Shown here: piece by piece, positions 19,958 through 28,615 of the stretch
How the letters are laid out: each line of letters opens with the position of its first letter
How positions within the stretch are numbered: position 1 is the stretch's first letter
Source of the DNA: Candidatus Latescibacterota bacterium
GTDB lineage: Bacteria; Latescibacterota; UBA2968; GCA-2709665
Length of the DNA: 64,000 nt
Direction of reading: 5' to 3'
Assembly: GCA_965208835.1 (NCBI GenBank)
Contig: OZ242358.1
Span: 4,000,001 to 4,064,000, forward strand
Notes under the pieces: generated by a model
Database searches by the model: none
What the model saw: the letters and a program-made list of their open reading frames with translations, nothing else
What the model was told of the DNA's origin: nothing
Program-made: the position numbers and the translations under genes

Positions 19958-20386
19958 TTACACGCGTAACTTCCGCGATCCGAACCAGACGCCAGCCACC
20001 CCGATCAGCGGGTTGAGCCAAGTGAACCATGCCGGCTGGCGGGCGCCTGCGGTTGCCTCCATCATTGACACGTCGTCGGGACGAGGTCCGGCCGCCATCT
20101 CTGCCGGCATCAGGGCCGTCACCACCCCGAGTACGAGCACGACGGCCATCAGAATCGTGGCGGCCCTGGCATCGTGCGCCACCCTGGCACAGACGACTCC
20201 GCCTATGTACGCGCCTACGAGCCCGAGCACGACCGAGCCGAGTGCCCATCCTCCGGATACCTCCCACGAACCCGGCTGGAAGGCGCGCGAGGGCCCCAAC
20301 GACAGCCACAGAATCGAGAAGAGTGCGAAGAGTACGACGGCCATGGCAATGTAGCCGACGACGGCGGCGAGAATGTTCCTGAGCAT
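19958..20386 (-). CDS. hypothetical four-TM membrane protein
   Basis: AAGGAGG RBS; four hydrophobic helices. Confidence 0.7.
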   Translation of the reverse strand: MLRNILAAVVGYIAMAVVLFALFSILWLSLGPSRAFQPGSWEVSGGWALGSVVLGLVGAYIGGVVCARVAHDARAATILMAVVLVLGVVTALMPAEMAAGPRPDDVSMMEATAGARQPAWFTWLNPLIGVAGVWFGSRKLRV

Positions 20387-20625
20387 CTTGTTCCTCCTTG
20401 AAAACGAGTAGCGTTGTCCAGCGAAGTGTGGACCTGAAGCGGGCTCGGATTTACAACGAGGCGTAAGCCTGACGACTGTGGCCGCAACGACCCTGGAGGC
20501 ATATCTGAGAACGTCGCCCTAAACAGGATCAGGACCGTCGACGACGGGCACCTGATTTCGGAGCGGTCGATCCGGCATGCTGCCTGCTCTCATTATTCAG
20601 AGATACACTTGATTTGCCGGCGTCG

Positions 20626-21149
20626 TCAGCAGTCTGGCGTACCTGACCCGCGCCACGGCGTCAAACGTGGCCACCAGCGGCGCACGTTCAGGCAGTAGGT
20701 CTCGTTCGACCCCCGAATCTTTCTCGGAGTTTCGGCTCTTCATAAAGCAGCACGGTCAGGTGGAACGCGGCGAGCATCACCCCGGCGTACGCCGCAAGCC
20801 GGGCCCGGCCAAACAGTAGCGCCTGCCCTGAAATGATGATCAGCACGGAGATGTACATCGGGTTTCGCACGAACCGATAGAGGCCGGAAGCGACCAGCAT
20901 TTCGGTTTACGCCACCGGCGCCGGTGTGCCGCGCCCCTCGAGGACGAAACGGGCGAAGCAGTCCAGCAGGCAGGCCAGACCCGTCGCAACCGCCGCAACC
21001 CCCATTAATCGCTCGCCGGGCAACCCGAGCAGCAGTGGCTGTATCGTCCAGCCGACCAGTGCGAACGGGACGACACCGGCAACGACAGCCGGAGCGACCC
21101 AGAAGAAGACGAACGACCCGACGATCGCACGCGTACGTGTGCGCTTCAC
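20626..21149 (-). pseudogene. isoprenylcysteine carboxyl methyltransferase (ICMT/PEMT) family pseudogene
   Basis: EGRGTPAPVA-TAA-TEMLVASGLYRFVRNPMY in a single frame (nonsense at 20907-20909); the C-terminal YCLNVRRWWPRLTPW lies in another frame. Confidence 0.75.
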
Positions 21150-21186
21150 GTTTCAATCCTTGTACTGATGGGAGTGACCAGAGATC
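21150..21186 (-). repeat. solitary CRISPR-like repeat of the second (AAGGATTGAAAC) family
   Basis: Minus strand CCATCAGTACAAGGATTGAAAC, directly followed by the GTG start of the pseudogene. Confidence 0.65.
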
Positions 21187-21292
21187 GATCAGTGTACTGG
21201 TCTTGACGATCGGTGTACATGTTTCAACTGGAATGTATAACATCCCCGGGAAATCCCCAGGTTCCAGACCCCCGCGGCTACTTGTGAGAGTT

Positions 21293-24200
21293 TCAATATT
21301 CCGGTGGTGAGAGATCGATCGCCCATTCTTTGAACTTCGAGACGTTGACGTCGGATCGGTCGAGGAGTGTAAGGAGTTCCTCCTGGCGGGGTTGCCCAAA
21401 GACAACCCGGTAGGCTGCGAGTTGACGTTTGAGGCGTACGAACGCTTCGACCTCCGTCGTGTATGGCAATAGTGGTACATGGCGCTGCACGAAGCAGTCT
21501 CCGGGGGCGATCCAGTGAGGTACCAGGTCGCTTTTCCCGGCGGCTCGCGCAGCCTGGTCGGCCAGCGCGAACATCTGTCTCCAGATATCTTCACCCGCCC
21601 TCCATGACGTCAAGGCGTCGTGCGCGTGGCGAGCAGCGACGTTTCGCCGGACCGCATGGCCCTTATAACGGTGAATCCGGCCTTCGCGTTGCTCAAGATC
21701 GACCGGATTGCCCGGAAGGTTCCAGTGGACCAGGGAGTGACACCACGGATGGAAGTCGAGCCCCTCCTGTCCAATCGACGTACTGGCAAGCACAAACGGC
21801 CGAAACGGGCTATTGAAAGCGTCCCTCACGACGTCCTGGCTGATGTGATCACCTTCGTCCGTTCGGATGTGGCCGAAGCGTAGCGCGAACGCCGTGCGAA
21901 GGCGGGTTACTTCGAGTTCAGGCTTTGTTCCACTTCCTCCCGCACCTTCTGTCTCAAAGAACCTCGCATGGACGCGAGAACGCATTGGACGTACAACCTG
22001 GATGAGTTTGCGGGCGCATCTGCCGGCGATCTCGTCACCGCTGGCGTCGCCGGACCACGACTCCTGGTCCCACAGCAGGTGCCACTGCTCGTCAAGTACT
22101 GCCTGCAGGTTCCCGTGGCGGCAGTAGCGAAGTACCAGTCGCCAGTAGGCCGAACCATCGCGCTCTTCCGCTCCTCTGTCGGCAAGCTGGCGCAGCAGCG
22201 CCGTCACGGCAGGCTGATTGAAGAGACGCCAGAACGCGACTGCAATCATGGCCGCGAACCGGCGACGTGAATCATCGCCAATTCCCGTCCCGTTTCTCAG
22301 GCTGCGTGCCGCGAGAATCGCCGGCGAACCAATGGCGACCTCGGTGAGCAATCTCGCAAGATTTGCCGGACGCCGGCCGAGTTTTCGCGGATCGACCCTG
22401 AGCAGATCGTCGATGTACGCACCGAAGCCTTCCGGATTTGGACGACCCGTGTCATCCGATAATCCAGGAAGTTCGCCATCCGCCCACGTGCCAAGAAAAC
22501 TGCGCAGATCCGGATCCATCAACAGCGGCGCCATCCACTCCCACCTGTCATCAATATCTCCTTCTTGCGGGTTAGGAAGCTTCGGATCGGCAAGAAGTTC
22601 GTCGACCCGGTCTCGCACCCACGCCCGGCGATCCTGTCCAGACCGAAAGTCCAACGGATGCGCCCGGTCCGCCAGCGGAAGGCACGGTATGAGCAGCAGC
22701 AGGAGACGATGGCGGGAAAGGCCGCCCAATTTCGACTTTGCGAGCCTTAAAAGTGGTCTCTGCTGCTCGGCAAGTTTCTCATATGACCCATTCCGGCCAC
22801 GCGTCATCAGTCGTTCAGCTTCGTAGCTTAGTACGGCGCTGACAACGTCGGGCACCACGTTCCAAGCCGAAAACAACAGGCGCTTCGTTGCTTTTTCCTT
22901 GCCCTTGAAGGGTCCTTCAAGCGGCCAGTACGGAAGCGTCGGCGGCATCCAAAGAAGGCGCCATATCCCCTTGTCGATCAACTCCCCGACCAATTCACGC
23001 AGCTTGGCACTTCCGGGGTCGATGCTTTCCCACCTACGTATCGTCGCTGGCGTCAAGAACGCCGACTTATGTTGCTGAAGAACCTCGACGATCTTTCCCG
23101 GCGTGTTAATTGCCTCGTCGAGTAGTTCGTTGAACCTGTAACCTCGCATGAAGTGAGCCAAATACGGAGCTGATTTCCAAAACGGCATCGGATCGCGGTC
23201 ACCGACGGCCCGAAACAACGCGTCGGCGGCCAGGTACTGGCGCACGTCGGTTGAGGTCACGGTCGCGTTACTCGGGACCTCTGCCACCATCGCGTCATTG
23301 TCTTCACTGGCTGCGACGCGCTCGGATCGCGCCATCACGTTCCTGAGCGTTCCTTCGACCTCGCGTTTCGCTTGTTCGACTCGCCCCGGCCCATCCGGTT
23401 CTCCCGCTGCCGCGCGCTTTAATGCTGACCCGAAACGCGAGAACTGGCTCTTAATCTCTTCGACAACCGCGTCATCGTCGCCATACAAGAACCTTGTTGT
23501 GGCCAGGAAGTCCTCGTAGTGGTCCTCGTGTTCGATCTCCGCATCTGCGGTGTAGAGTTTGTACGGCGTCGCGGAGAGCAAGAGCGTCCGCACACGCTTA
23601 CCGTCGTGCGCTTTGGCCTGGAACAACTCATGAGCCAGGTGCGCCGCGGGGTCTCGCTCGCCGTCACTTGTGTCGAGCAGCGACTTAAAGCGCTGGAACT
23701 CGTCCAGGATTACGAGGTCGGGCTCCAGGGCCTTGACGCACACTTTGGCGAGTACCCGGCGCAAATCCGATATAAGCCGGTCTCGCCGGTACCGCAGATC
23801 GTCCGGCCAGTAATTCCGGTAGTAGCCGAACGCACTCAGGATTTCTCTAAATCTGTACTCCAGACCGTGGCACTCATGAAACGCATTCTCAAACCTTCGC
23901 CGTATTGAGTCTTCGATAGGTCGGGGGCGGTTGTTGAGGAACCATCGCCAGTCATCCCGGTTCGTAATCCATCCCTGCAGGAAATTCATAAGCGCCGTGC
24001 GCCGTTCGGTCAGGGGATCGAGCAGTTGAAACAGCACCTCCCGTTCCGGGCGCTGGCCGGCGGATTGCCCCATGTTGAAGGATGTTCCCGGCGTGAAACT
24101 GACGAAGTTCAGCTTGCTGTCGACGAGACCTGGTTCGCCTTCCTTACGCGCCAGTTGCGTGGCCAACATCGTGAGACGTGTCGCCAATGCGAACGACCGT

Positions 24201-24487
24201 TCTTCGGCGCCTCCGATCCTCAGCTTTGGGAGATTGGCTCGTGCGATGCCGGCATTGCTGCAAATGTAGATGATGTCGATCCGTTTGACGTCGTCCCAGA
24301 GGTGATCGATGGCGCGCGCAATGATACCGCGGGCGACCAGCGTCTTCCCAAGGCCCACCTCGTCGGCCACCAGGAAGCGTCCTGTACTGTCTTCCGCAGT
24401 GAACAAGCGGTGGAAGGCATGTTCTACTGTCCGCCGTTGGAAGGATTTGAGTGGTTTAAGACCCGCGTCTACCGATGGACGCTTCAT
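21293..24487 (-). CDS. SF2/SNF2-like helicase of a putative defence operon
   Basis: ADEVGLGKT, ILDEFQ, LLLSATP, QEGLDFH, EQREGRIHRY. Confidence 0.85.
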   Translation of the reverse strand: MKRPSVDAGLKPLKSFQRRTVEHAFHRLFTAEDSTGRFLVADEVGLGKTLVARGIIARAIDHLWDDVKRIDIIYICSNAGIARANLPKLRIGGAEERSFALATRLTMLATQLARKEGEPGLVDSKLNFVSFTPGTSFNMGQSAGQRPEREVLFQLLDPLTERRTALMNFLQGWITNRDDWRWFLNNRPRPIEDSIRRRFENAFHECHGLEYRFREILSAFGYYRNYWPDDLRYRRDRLISDLRRVLAKVCVKALEPDLVILDEFQRFKSLLDTSDGERDPAAHLAHELFQAKAHDGKRVRTLLLSATPYKLYTADAEIEHEDHYEDFLATTRFLYGDDDAVVEEIKSQFSRFGSALKRAAAGEPDGPGRVEQAKREVEGTLRNVMARSERVAASEDNDAMVAEVPSNATVTSTDVRQYLAADALFRAVGDRDPMPFWKSAPYLAHFMRGYRFNELLDEAINTPGKIVEVLQQHKSAFLTPATIRRWESIDPGSAKLRELVGELIDKGIWRLLWMPPTLPYWPLEGPFKGKEKATKRLLFSAWNVVPDVVSAVLSYEAERLMTRGRNGSYEKLAEQQRPLLRLAKSKLGGLSRHRLLLLLIPCLPLADRAHPLDFRSGQDRRAWVRDRVDELLADPKLPNPQEGDIDDRWEWMAPLLMDPDLRSFLGTWADGELPGLSDDTGRPNPEGFGAYIDDLLRVDPRKLGRRPANLARLLTEVAIGSPAILAARSLRNGTGIGDDSRRRFAAMIAVAFWRLFNQPAVTALLRQLADRGAEERDGSAYWRLVLRYCRHGNLQAVLDEQWHLLWDQESWSGDASGDEIAGRCARKLIQVVRPMRSRVHARFFETEGAGGSGTKPELEVTRLRTAFALRFGHIRTDEGDHISQDVVRDAFNSPFRPFVLASTSIGQEGLDFHPWCHSLVHWNLPGNPVDLEQREGRIHRYKGHAVRRNVAARHAHDALTSWRAGEDIWRQMFALADQAARAAGKSDLVPHWIAPGDCFVQRHVPLLPYTTEVEAFVRLKRQLAAYRVVFGQPRQEELLTLLDRSDVNVSKFKEWAIDLSPPEY

Positions 24488-26319
24488 GATCGTGGCTCCG
24501 GTGCGATTGCCTCCTCGACTGCCGTCCAAATACTGAATAGTTCGTCTGGCACGATCAGGCGCCCTTCTTCAGTCTTCCGAAGTTCGTCGATCAGGCGACG
24601 TACCGGCTTCAGGCGATCGGGGTCTCGGGACGCGGTACGGACGAGATCATCCAGCAAGGTCTCACCGCTCTGCCCTATTCCCCAGTTAGAGGAAGGTTCT
24701 CCTTCTCCGCTATCTTGCGCCCAGCCGAGTACAGTGTCGAGTCCGCCCAGCAACGCCCTCAGGAAACGAAGGAACTTCTCAGGGGTGTCCAGCAATCCCT
24801 TGAGTACGTGATGCATGCGATCTTCAGGCATACCGTGAGCCGGAAGTCGCAGGGTCATGCGGACGTCGTCCACGCCCTGGACGTTGACACTCAGCCGAAA
24901 GGCGATGAATGCCGTCAGACGCACAATGGGCAGATTCCAACTGATCGTTTTCTCCAGGCGCAGTGCTTGATCTTCGGCTACGGAGACGGGCCAGGCTTCG
25001 ACCTGGACATCGTCGGCCATTTGAAATTCGGGCCCGGTGATAGCCAGCGTCCATGAGTCGCCTGAGGAACCGCATCTCACTTGCAGGTTAGAATTCAAGA
25101 GGTCGTCCCCCAAGGCTTCAAGGCGTTTTCGGGCAGCGGCGATGGCTGGGTCTTCTATCTCCGGATCGACTCTCTTATACTTCATGCACAGCTTCCGAAA
25201 TCCGGCGTCAAGGAACCTATCGATGCCCTGACCGCTGTGGCCCCCTTTGCGTCCCTTCTTTCCCGTGATGGATGCAACCATTTCGACGTTTCTGCCATTG
25301 AACGCCGACGCTGTCAGGTTGGCGGAACCGACGTACCACGTAACGTCCCAACGGTGCTCCACGGCGATCATCTTGGCGTGCAGCCCCGACGGGCGATCAA
25401 TCCCGCCAGTCATCGGTTCGTTCTGCTCAGCCAGACTTTCCTCGGGCTCCCCATGCGCGGTATCCCTAAGGACGAATACATCGTTCCATTCCGCCAGTGC
25501 ATCTTCAGCGAGTCTGTCGAGTTCCTCCTGCCTGCTCACGAGCATTCGGTCGTTACCGCTCAACTCCCTGACGACCCCCAGTCCGGTCCGACTGATGAAC
25601 GGCGCCACCGCAAGTGTTCGATATCCATTCGACGGCGGTCGCCAGTGACGGCGACGCCTGGACAATCCGATTGAATGGAATTCGACAGGAGATGCGAAGC
25701 CGTCCGGGGCGGGAAACCTGATTCGTGAAACCTGATCGGCAAGTGCATCAATGCGATCGGCGACATCCGTGAGAACCGGGTTTACGGCCAGACGAGGTAG
25801 CGCTTCGAGGAATTCACGGAGTGGTCGGCTGACGGCCGCACGCCTCCTGCCCCGAAGCCGCGCCTCGCTCGCGAGCGCAACGTCCCACGAACGGTCAAAT
25901 GTCAGATTGCGCGACAGGATTGCAACGCGCAAAACGTCTTCGGCATCCTCCCCCGAGGCAACAAACCGAGCCGCCCACACCTTCGGGTGGAATGCGCCAC
26001 CGTTTGGGGCGCGTACGGCATGCACACTCGGCTCGAGCATTGAGTACAGAGGTCTCACGTTGCGTGGAATTGCAATGCCCGTTTCATCAACAAACACGTG
26101 GATACGGTCGCCAGCGTCACGGATCGCCTGGTGCAGCCTCAGTGGATCTTGAAGCAACTCATTCAACCCTTCGTCCGTATGCGCGAGCACCGATAACGGA
26201 AGCAGCAGCATCGTTTCCAGATCCAGGGTATAGGTCGTCAGTACAGCAAAGTCGAGGTCGTATCCGCTCGGCGGGCGGAGCAACTCGAAGGCTGTGGTAC
26301 GCGATTCGGGCGATAACAT
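24484..26319 (-). CDS. phospholipase D-family (HKD-type) nuclease-like protein
   Basis: FHPKVW...SRNLT and LHAKMI...YVGSANLT motifs; overlaps both neighbours. Confidence 0.8.
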   Translation of the reverse strand: MLSPESRTTAFELLRPPSGYDLDFAVLTTYTLDLETMLLLPLSVLAHTDEGLNELLQDPLRLHQAIRDAGDRIHVFVDETGIAIPRNVRPLYSMLEPSVHAVRAPNGGAFHPKVWAARFVASGEDAEDVLRVAILSRNLTFDRSWDVALASEARLRGRRRAAVSRPLREFLEALPRLAVNPVLTDVADRIDALADQVSRIRFPAPDGFASPVEFHSIGLSRRRRHWRPPSNGYRTLAVAPFISRTGLGVVRELSGNDRMLVSRQEELDRLAEDALAEWNDVFVLRDTAHGEPEESLAEQNEPMTGGIDRPSGLHAKMIAVEHRWDVTWYVGSANLTASAFNGRNVEMVASITGKKGRKGGHSGQGIDRFLDAGFRKLCMKYKRVDPEIEDPAIAAARKRLEALGDDLLNSNLQVRCGSSGDSWTLAITGPEFQMADDVQVEAWPVSVAEDQALRLEKTISWNLPIVRLTAFIAFRLSVNVQGVDDVRMTLRLPAHGMPEDRMHHVLKGLLDTPEKFLRFLRALLGGLDTVLGWAQDSGEGEPSSNWGIGQSGETLLDDLVRTASRDPDRLKPVRRLIDELRKTEEGRLIVPDELFSIWTAVEEAIAPEPRS

Positions 26320-27530
26320 CAGGCGGCCAACCCCCTGTGAAGGTCGGTGAGAAACTGCCGGACGCGAACCCAGCGAAAGTCCATCCGACCAACGCCGACC
26401 CATGGTTTCCACTCCATCAGGCGACTCCGGTTTCCAAGTCGTGCGCGTGCTCCCTTCAGGTGTGACTCGCGTTCGGTAACCAACTCTCTTAACTGTTGGT
26501 CGTTGGCGATCCTGCCGGCATTCAACTTGGTAATGTGTCGAGACCAATCTTGAATGAAGAGTCGTTGGTGATGTGGAGCAAGCCCGCCGCGTCGAGCTAC
26601 CAATTCCCAGAGCGGATCCGGATCGAATGGTTGAGCTTCTTCCGCCTCACGCCCCGCCCATTCAGTGAGCTCTGCACGGAACGAACTGATTAATTCGCCA
26701 TCATCGTCAGTGTCAAGCATCTCGCGACGGTGTTCGGCCACAACCAGATTGTAGAGCAGTGGCATGCCCTCGACGTGTAGAGAGAACCGCCGGGCTAGTT
26801 CCACGGTATCACGAATACTCTGAGGTGCGCGGAGGGCGTCCGGATCGTCCCAGAAGTCGTCCCCGGGCGAATCGGATCCATTGCGGGCCAGCCACGCCAG
26901 CAGGGCACCGGCGCAACGTTCCTCCAGGCGGCCGAGAAGGAAGTCGGCCTCGTCACGGTTCAACGCGAAGGATGCCTCCCACGGAAAGCCAGCCGGCGGC
27001 GACGGCATACGCGGATGCCAGTGCGCATCACGGCTCCAGATAACGCCTGGATCGTCCGCCCGCCCCACACTGCCGCGGCCATCCGCAAGCGCGTCAAAGT
27101 GCGAGTGGTACCAACTCAGGCTCTGCTGCGGCCTAAAGATGCCCCATCGAGTCAGCGCGCTCCAGTATATCGAACTTGGTAACCGGACGAGTGAGTGGCG
27201 GGCGTATACGCCGATGATGCCCTTCTTGTCTTCGCCCTGTTCCAATCGTCCGATAAGATCGACTTCCGCCTGACGCGCGGCTCGCTCCACGTCTACACTC
27301 CTTACCCGACGCGTCTCCAACCTCCGGTAGATCCATGGAATGAGGAGTACATAACGCAGCCGCGTCTGGATATAAGACGTGCCGGGAAAAAGTGCGTCAG
27401 AGATCGCGTCCCGTAGGTTTCCGAGCCCCATCTCGTCGAGCGTGCCCTGCTCGTTGAACAGGTCCAGCACCCGCCGCATCTTGTCGCGGTCGCCCGCCGT
27501 CAGGTCGAGCCAGGTCAACGTCGCCTGCAT
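26319..27530 (-). CDS. DUF6361-like protein, first gene of the defence-type operon
   Basis: LTWLD...GTLDEMGLG.LRDAISD.LFPGTS.IQTRLRY...PSSIYWSAL..WGI, recognised from memory as DUF6361. Confidence 0.7.
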   Translation of the reverse strand: MQATLTWLDLTAGDRDKMRRVLDLFNEQGTLDEMGLGNLRDAISDALFPGTSYIQTRLRYVLLIPWIYRRLETRRVRSVDVERAARQAEVDLIGRLEQGEDKKGIIGVYARHSLVRLPSSIYWSALTRWGIFRPQQSLSWYHSHFDALADGRGSVGRADDPGVIWSRDAHWHPRMPSPPAGFPWEASFALNRDEADFLLGRLEERCAGALLAWLARNGSDSPGDDFWDDPDALRAPQSIRDTVELARRFSLHVEGMPLLYNLVVAEHRREMLDTDDDGELISSFRAELTEWAGREAEEAQPFDPDPLWELVARRGGLAPHHQRLFIQDWSRHITKLNAGRIANDQQLRELVTERESHLKGARARLGNRSRLMEWKPWVGVGRMDFRWVRVRQFLTDLHRGLAA

Positions 27531-27557
27531 TGCGTGAGTCCTTGTACTGATGGATTC

Positions 27558-27749
27558 CTACCGGGAACCGCCGGACTGACGACGTCGACGCGCACATTCA
27601 GCATCGGCCTTTGCCCACAGAGTGAGCTGGGAGAGCGTAGGCACAGGCAGGCCGGCGTTGCGGTAGTCCTGGTCACGGTAAGGTGTCCCGTCCGCATGCC
27701 AGCACCGGCCTGGGCCACCTGTCTGTTTGTCGACGACTCGCTTGGTCAT
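27558..27749 (-). CDS. small protein, WHxDGTP family copy C
   Basis: GPGRCWHADGTPYRDQDYRNAGLPVPTLSQLTLW; ATG 4 nt after the repeat. Confidence 0.7.
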   Translation of the reverse strand: MTKRVVDKQTGGPGRCWHADGTPYRDQDYRNAGLPVPTLSQLTLWAKADAECARRRRQSGGSR

Positions 27750-27756
27750 ATTGGTT

Positions 27757-27960
27757 TCAATCCCCGTTCTGATGAAAGATCCCCAACGGGTTTTGTCTTT
27801 CCGCTTCAGCCCAGGCTAATAGCTGTTCATCCGTTGGGGGAGTCAATCCCGCCTTGATGTAGTCGGCTTTGTTGAAGGGCGTTCCGTCTTCATGCCAAGC
27901 CTGACCAACAATCGGATCGGCCATTTTTCTGCCTTTGGTGATGTTGGGATCTCTTGGCAT
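27757..27960 (-). CDS. small protein, WHxDGTP family copy D
   Basis: DPIVGQAWHEDGTPFNKADYIKAGLTPPTDEQLLAW; AAGGAAGG RBS; stop inside the repeat. Confidence 0.7.
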   Translation of the reverse strand: MPRDPNITKGRKMADPIVGQAWHEDGTPFNKADYIKAGLTPPTDEQLLAWAEAERQNPLGIFHQNGD

Positions 27961-28111
27961 GTCAAACCTTCCTTGATTCGGCGTTTATGATTATGGGAGC
28001 GTCTAATTTTGATTCTTTGGCGTCTTGCCAACCGTCAAGGCAGGCTTTCATGGATGCACGGGAAAAGGTTGGGCCGTTTCTGTAATTTGTGCGCTTGTCG
28101 CTGTAGGGATT

Positions 28112-28332
28112 TCAATCCTTGTTCTGATGGAAGATCCCCAACGAGTCGACCTGCTGGCGCTGGTCGTCTTGGGCCCACTCGAGCAGCTGCTTGGCCGTGG
28201 GACAACCTGTCCGGCACGGCGATACTCTTCCAGTGTGCAGGGTGTACCGTCCTCACGCCACATACGAGAGATGCCGCCTGACTGTCTGTTTGGGCCTTTG
28301 ATGAGGCGGAATCTTCTTGGTCGCTTGGGCAT
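28112..28332 (-). pseudogene. small protein, WHxDGTP family copy E (1-nt frameshift near 28200)
   Basis: MWREDGTPCTLEEYRRAGQVV, then PTAKQLLEWAQ...GIFHQNKD* in the adjacent frame. Confidence 0.65.
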
Positions 28333-28394
28333 GCTGGTTTCAATCCTTGTTGTGACGGAAGATACTCGCAGGGCACCGGCCACTGTTTTTGTTT

Positions 28395-28610
28395 TCAATC
28401 CGCTCCCCTGCGCGGGGAGCGACTGGAGTTGCCCGAGGACTGACGCCGCCGCGCTCGCCGAGCATCGGCGCGAGCCCAGAGCATGAGCTGGAAGAGCGTA
28501 GGTACAGGCAGGCCGGCCTTGCGGTAGTCCTGGTCACTGTAAGGTGTTCCGTCGGCATGCCAGCAGCGGCCTGGGCCGCCTGTGTGTCTGTCAAGGATTC
28601 GCTTGGGCAT
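28395..28610 (-). CDS. small protein, WHxDGTP family copy F
   Basis: GPGRCWHADGTPYSDQDYRKAGLPVPTLFQLMLW; lies between the terminal I-C repeat and an I-C-like repeat; close paralogue of copy C. Confidence 0.7.
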   Translation of the reverse strand: MPKRILDRHTGGPGRCWHADGTPYSDQDYRKAGLPVPTLFQLMLWARADARRARRRQSSGNSSRSPRRGAD

Positions 28611-28615
28611 GCGGT

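Larger units (their letters stand above)
27532..28423 (-). repeat. CRISPR-like repeats interleaved with mini-ORFs: 27532-27568 (degenerate), 27754-27790, 28109-28145, 28337-28373 (second family) and 28391-28423 (I-C-like variant)
   Basis: For example CTCGTTGGGGATCTTCCATCAGAACAAGGATTGAAAT, CCCTGCGAGTATCTTCCGTCACAACAAGGATTGAAAC and GTCGCTCCCCGCGCAGGGGAGCGGATTGAAAAC. Confidence 0.75.

Noticed and set aside
20907-20909. Stop-codon recoding in the ICMT-like gene
   Set aside because: The stop is TAA (not UGA/UAG) and a second lesion (frameshift) is present, so this is a pseudogene.
26320-26547. N-terminal extension of the PLD protein
   Set aside because: It overlaps the DUF6361-like gene; ATG 26319 is coupled to that gene's stop.
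27558-28610. Diversity-generating retroelement TR/VR pair (ORFs C and F are near-duplicates)
   Set aside because: No reverse transcriptase in the window, and the differences are not restricted to adenines.
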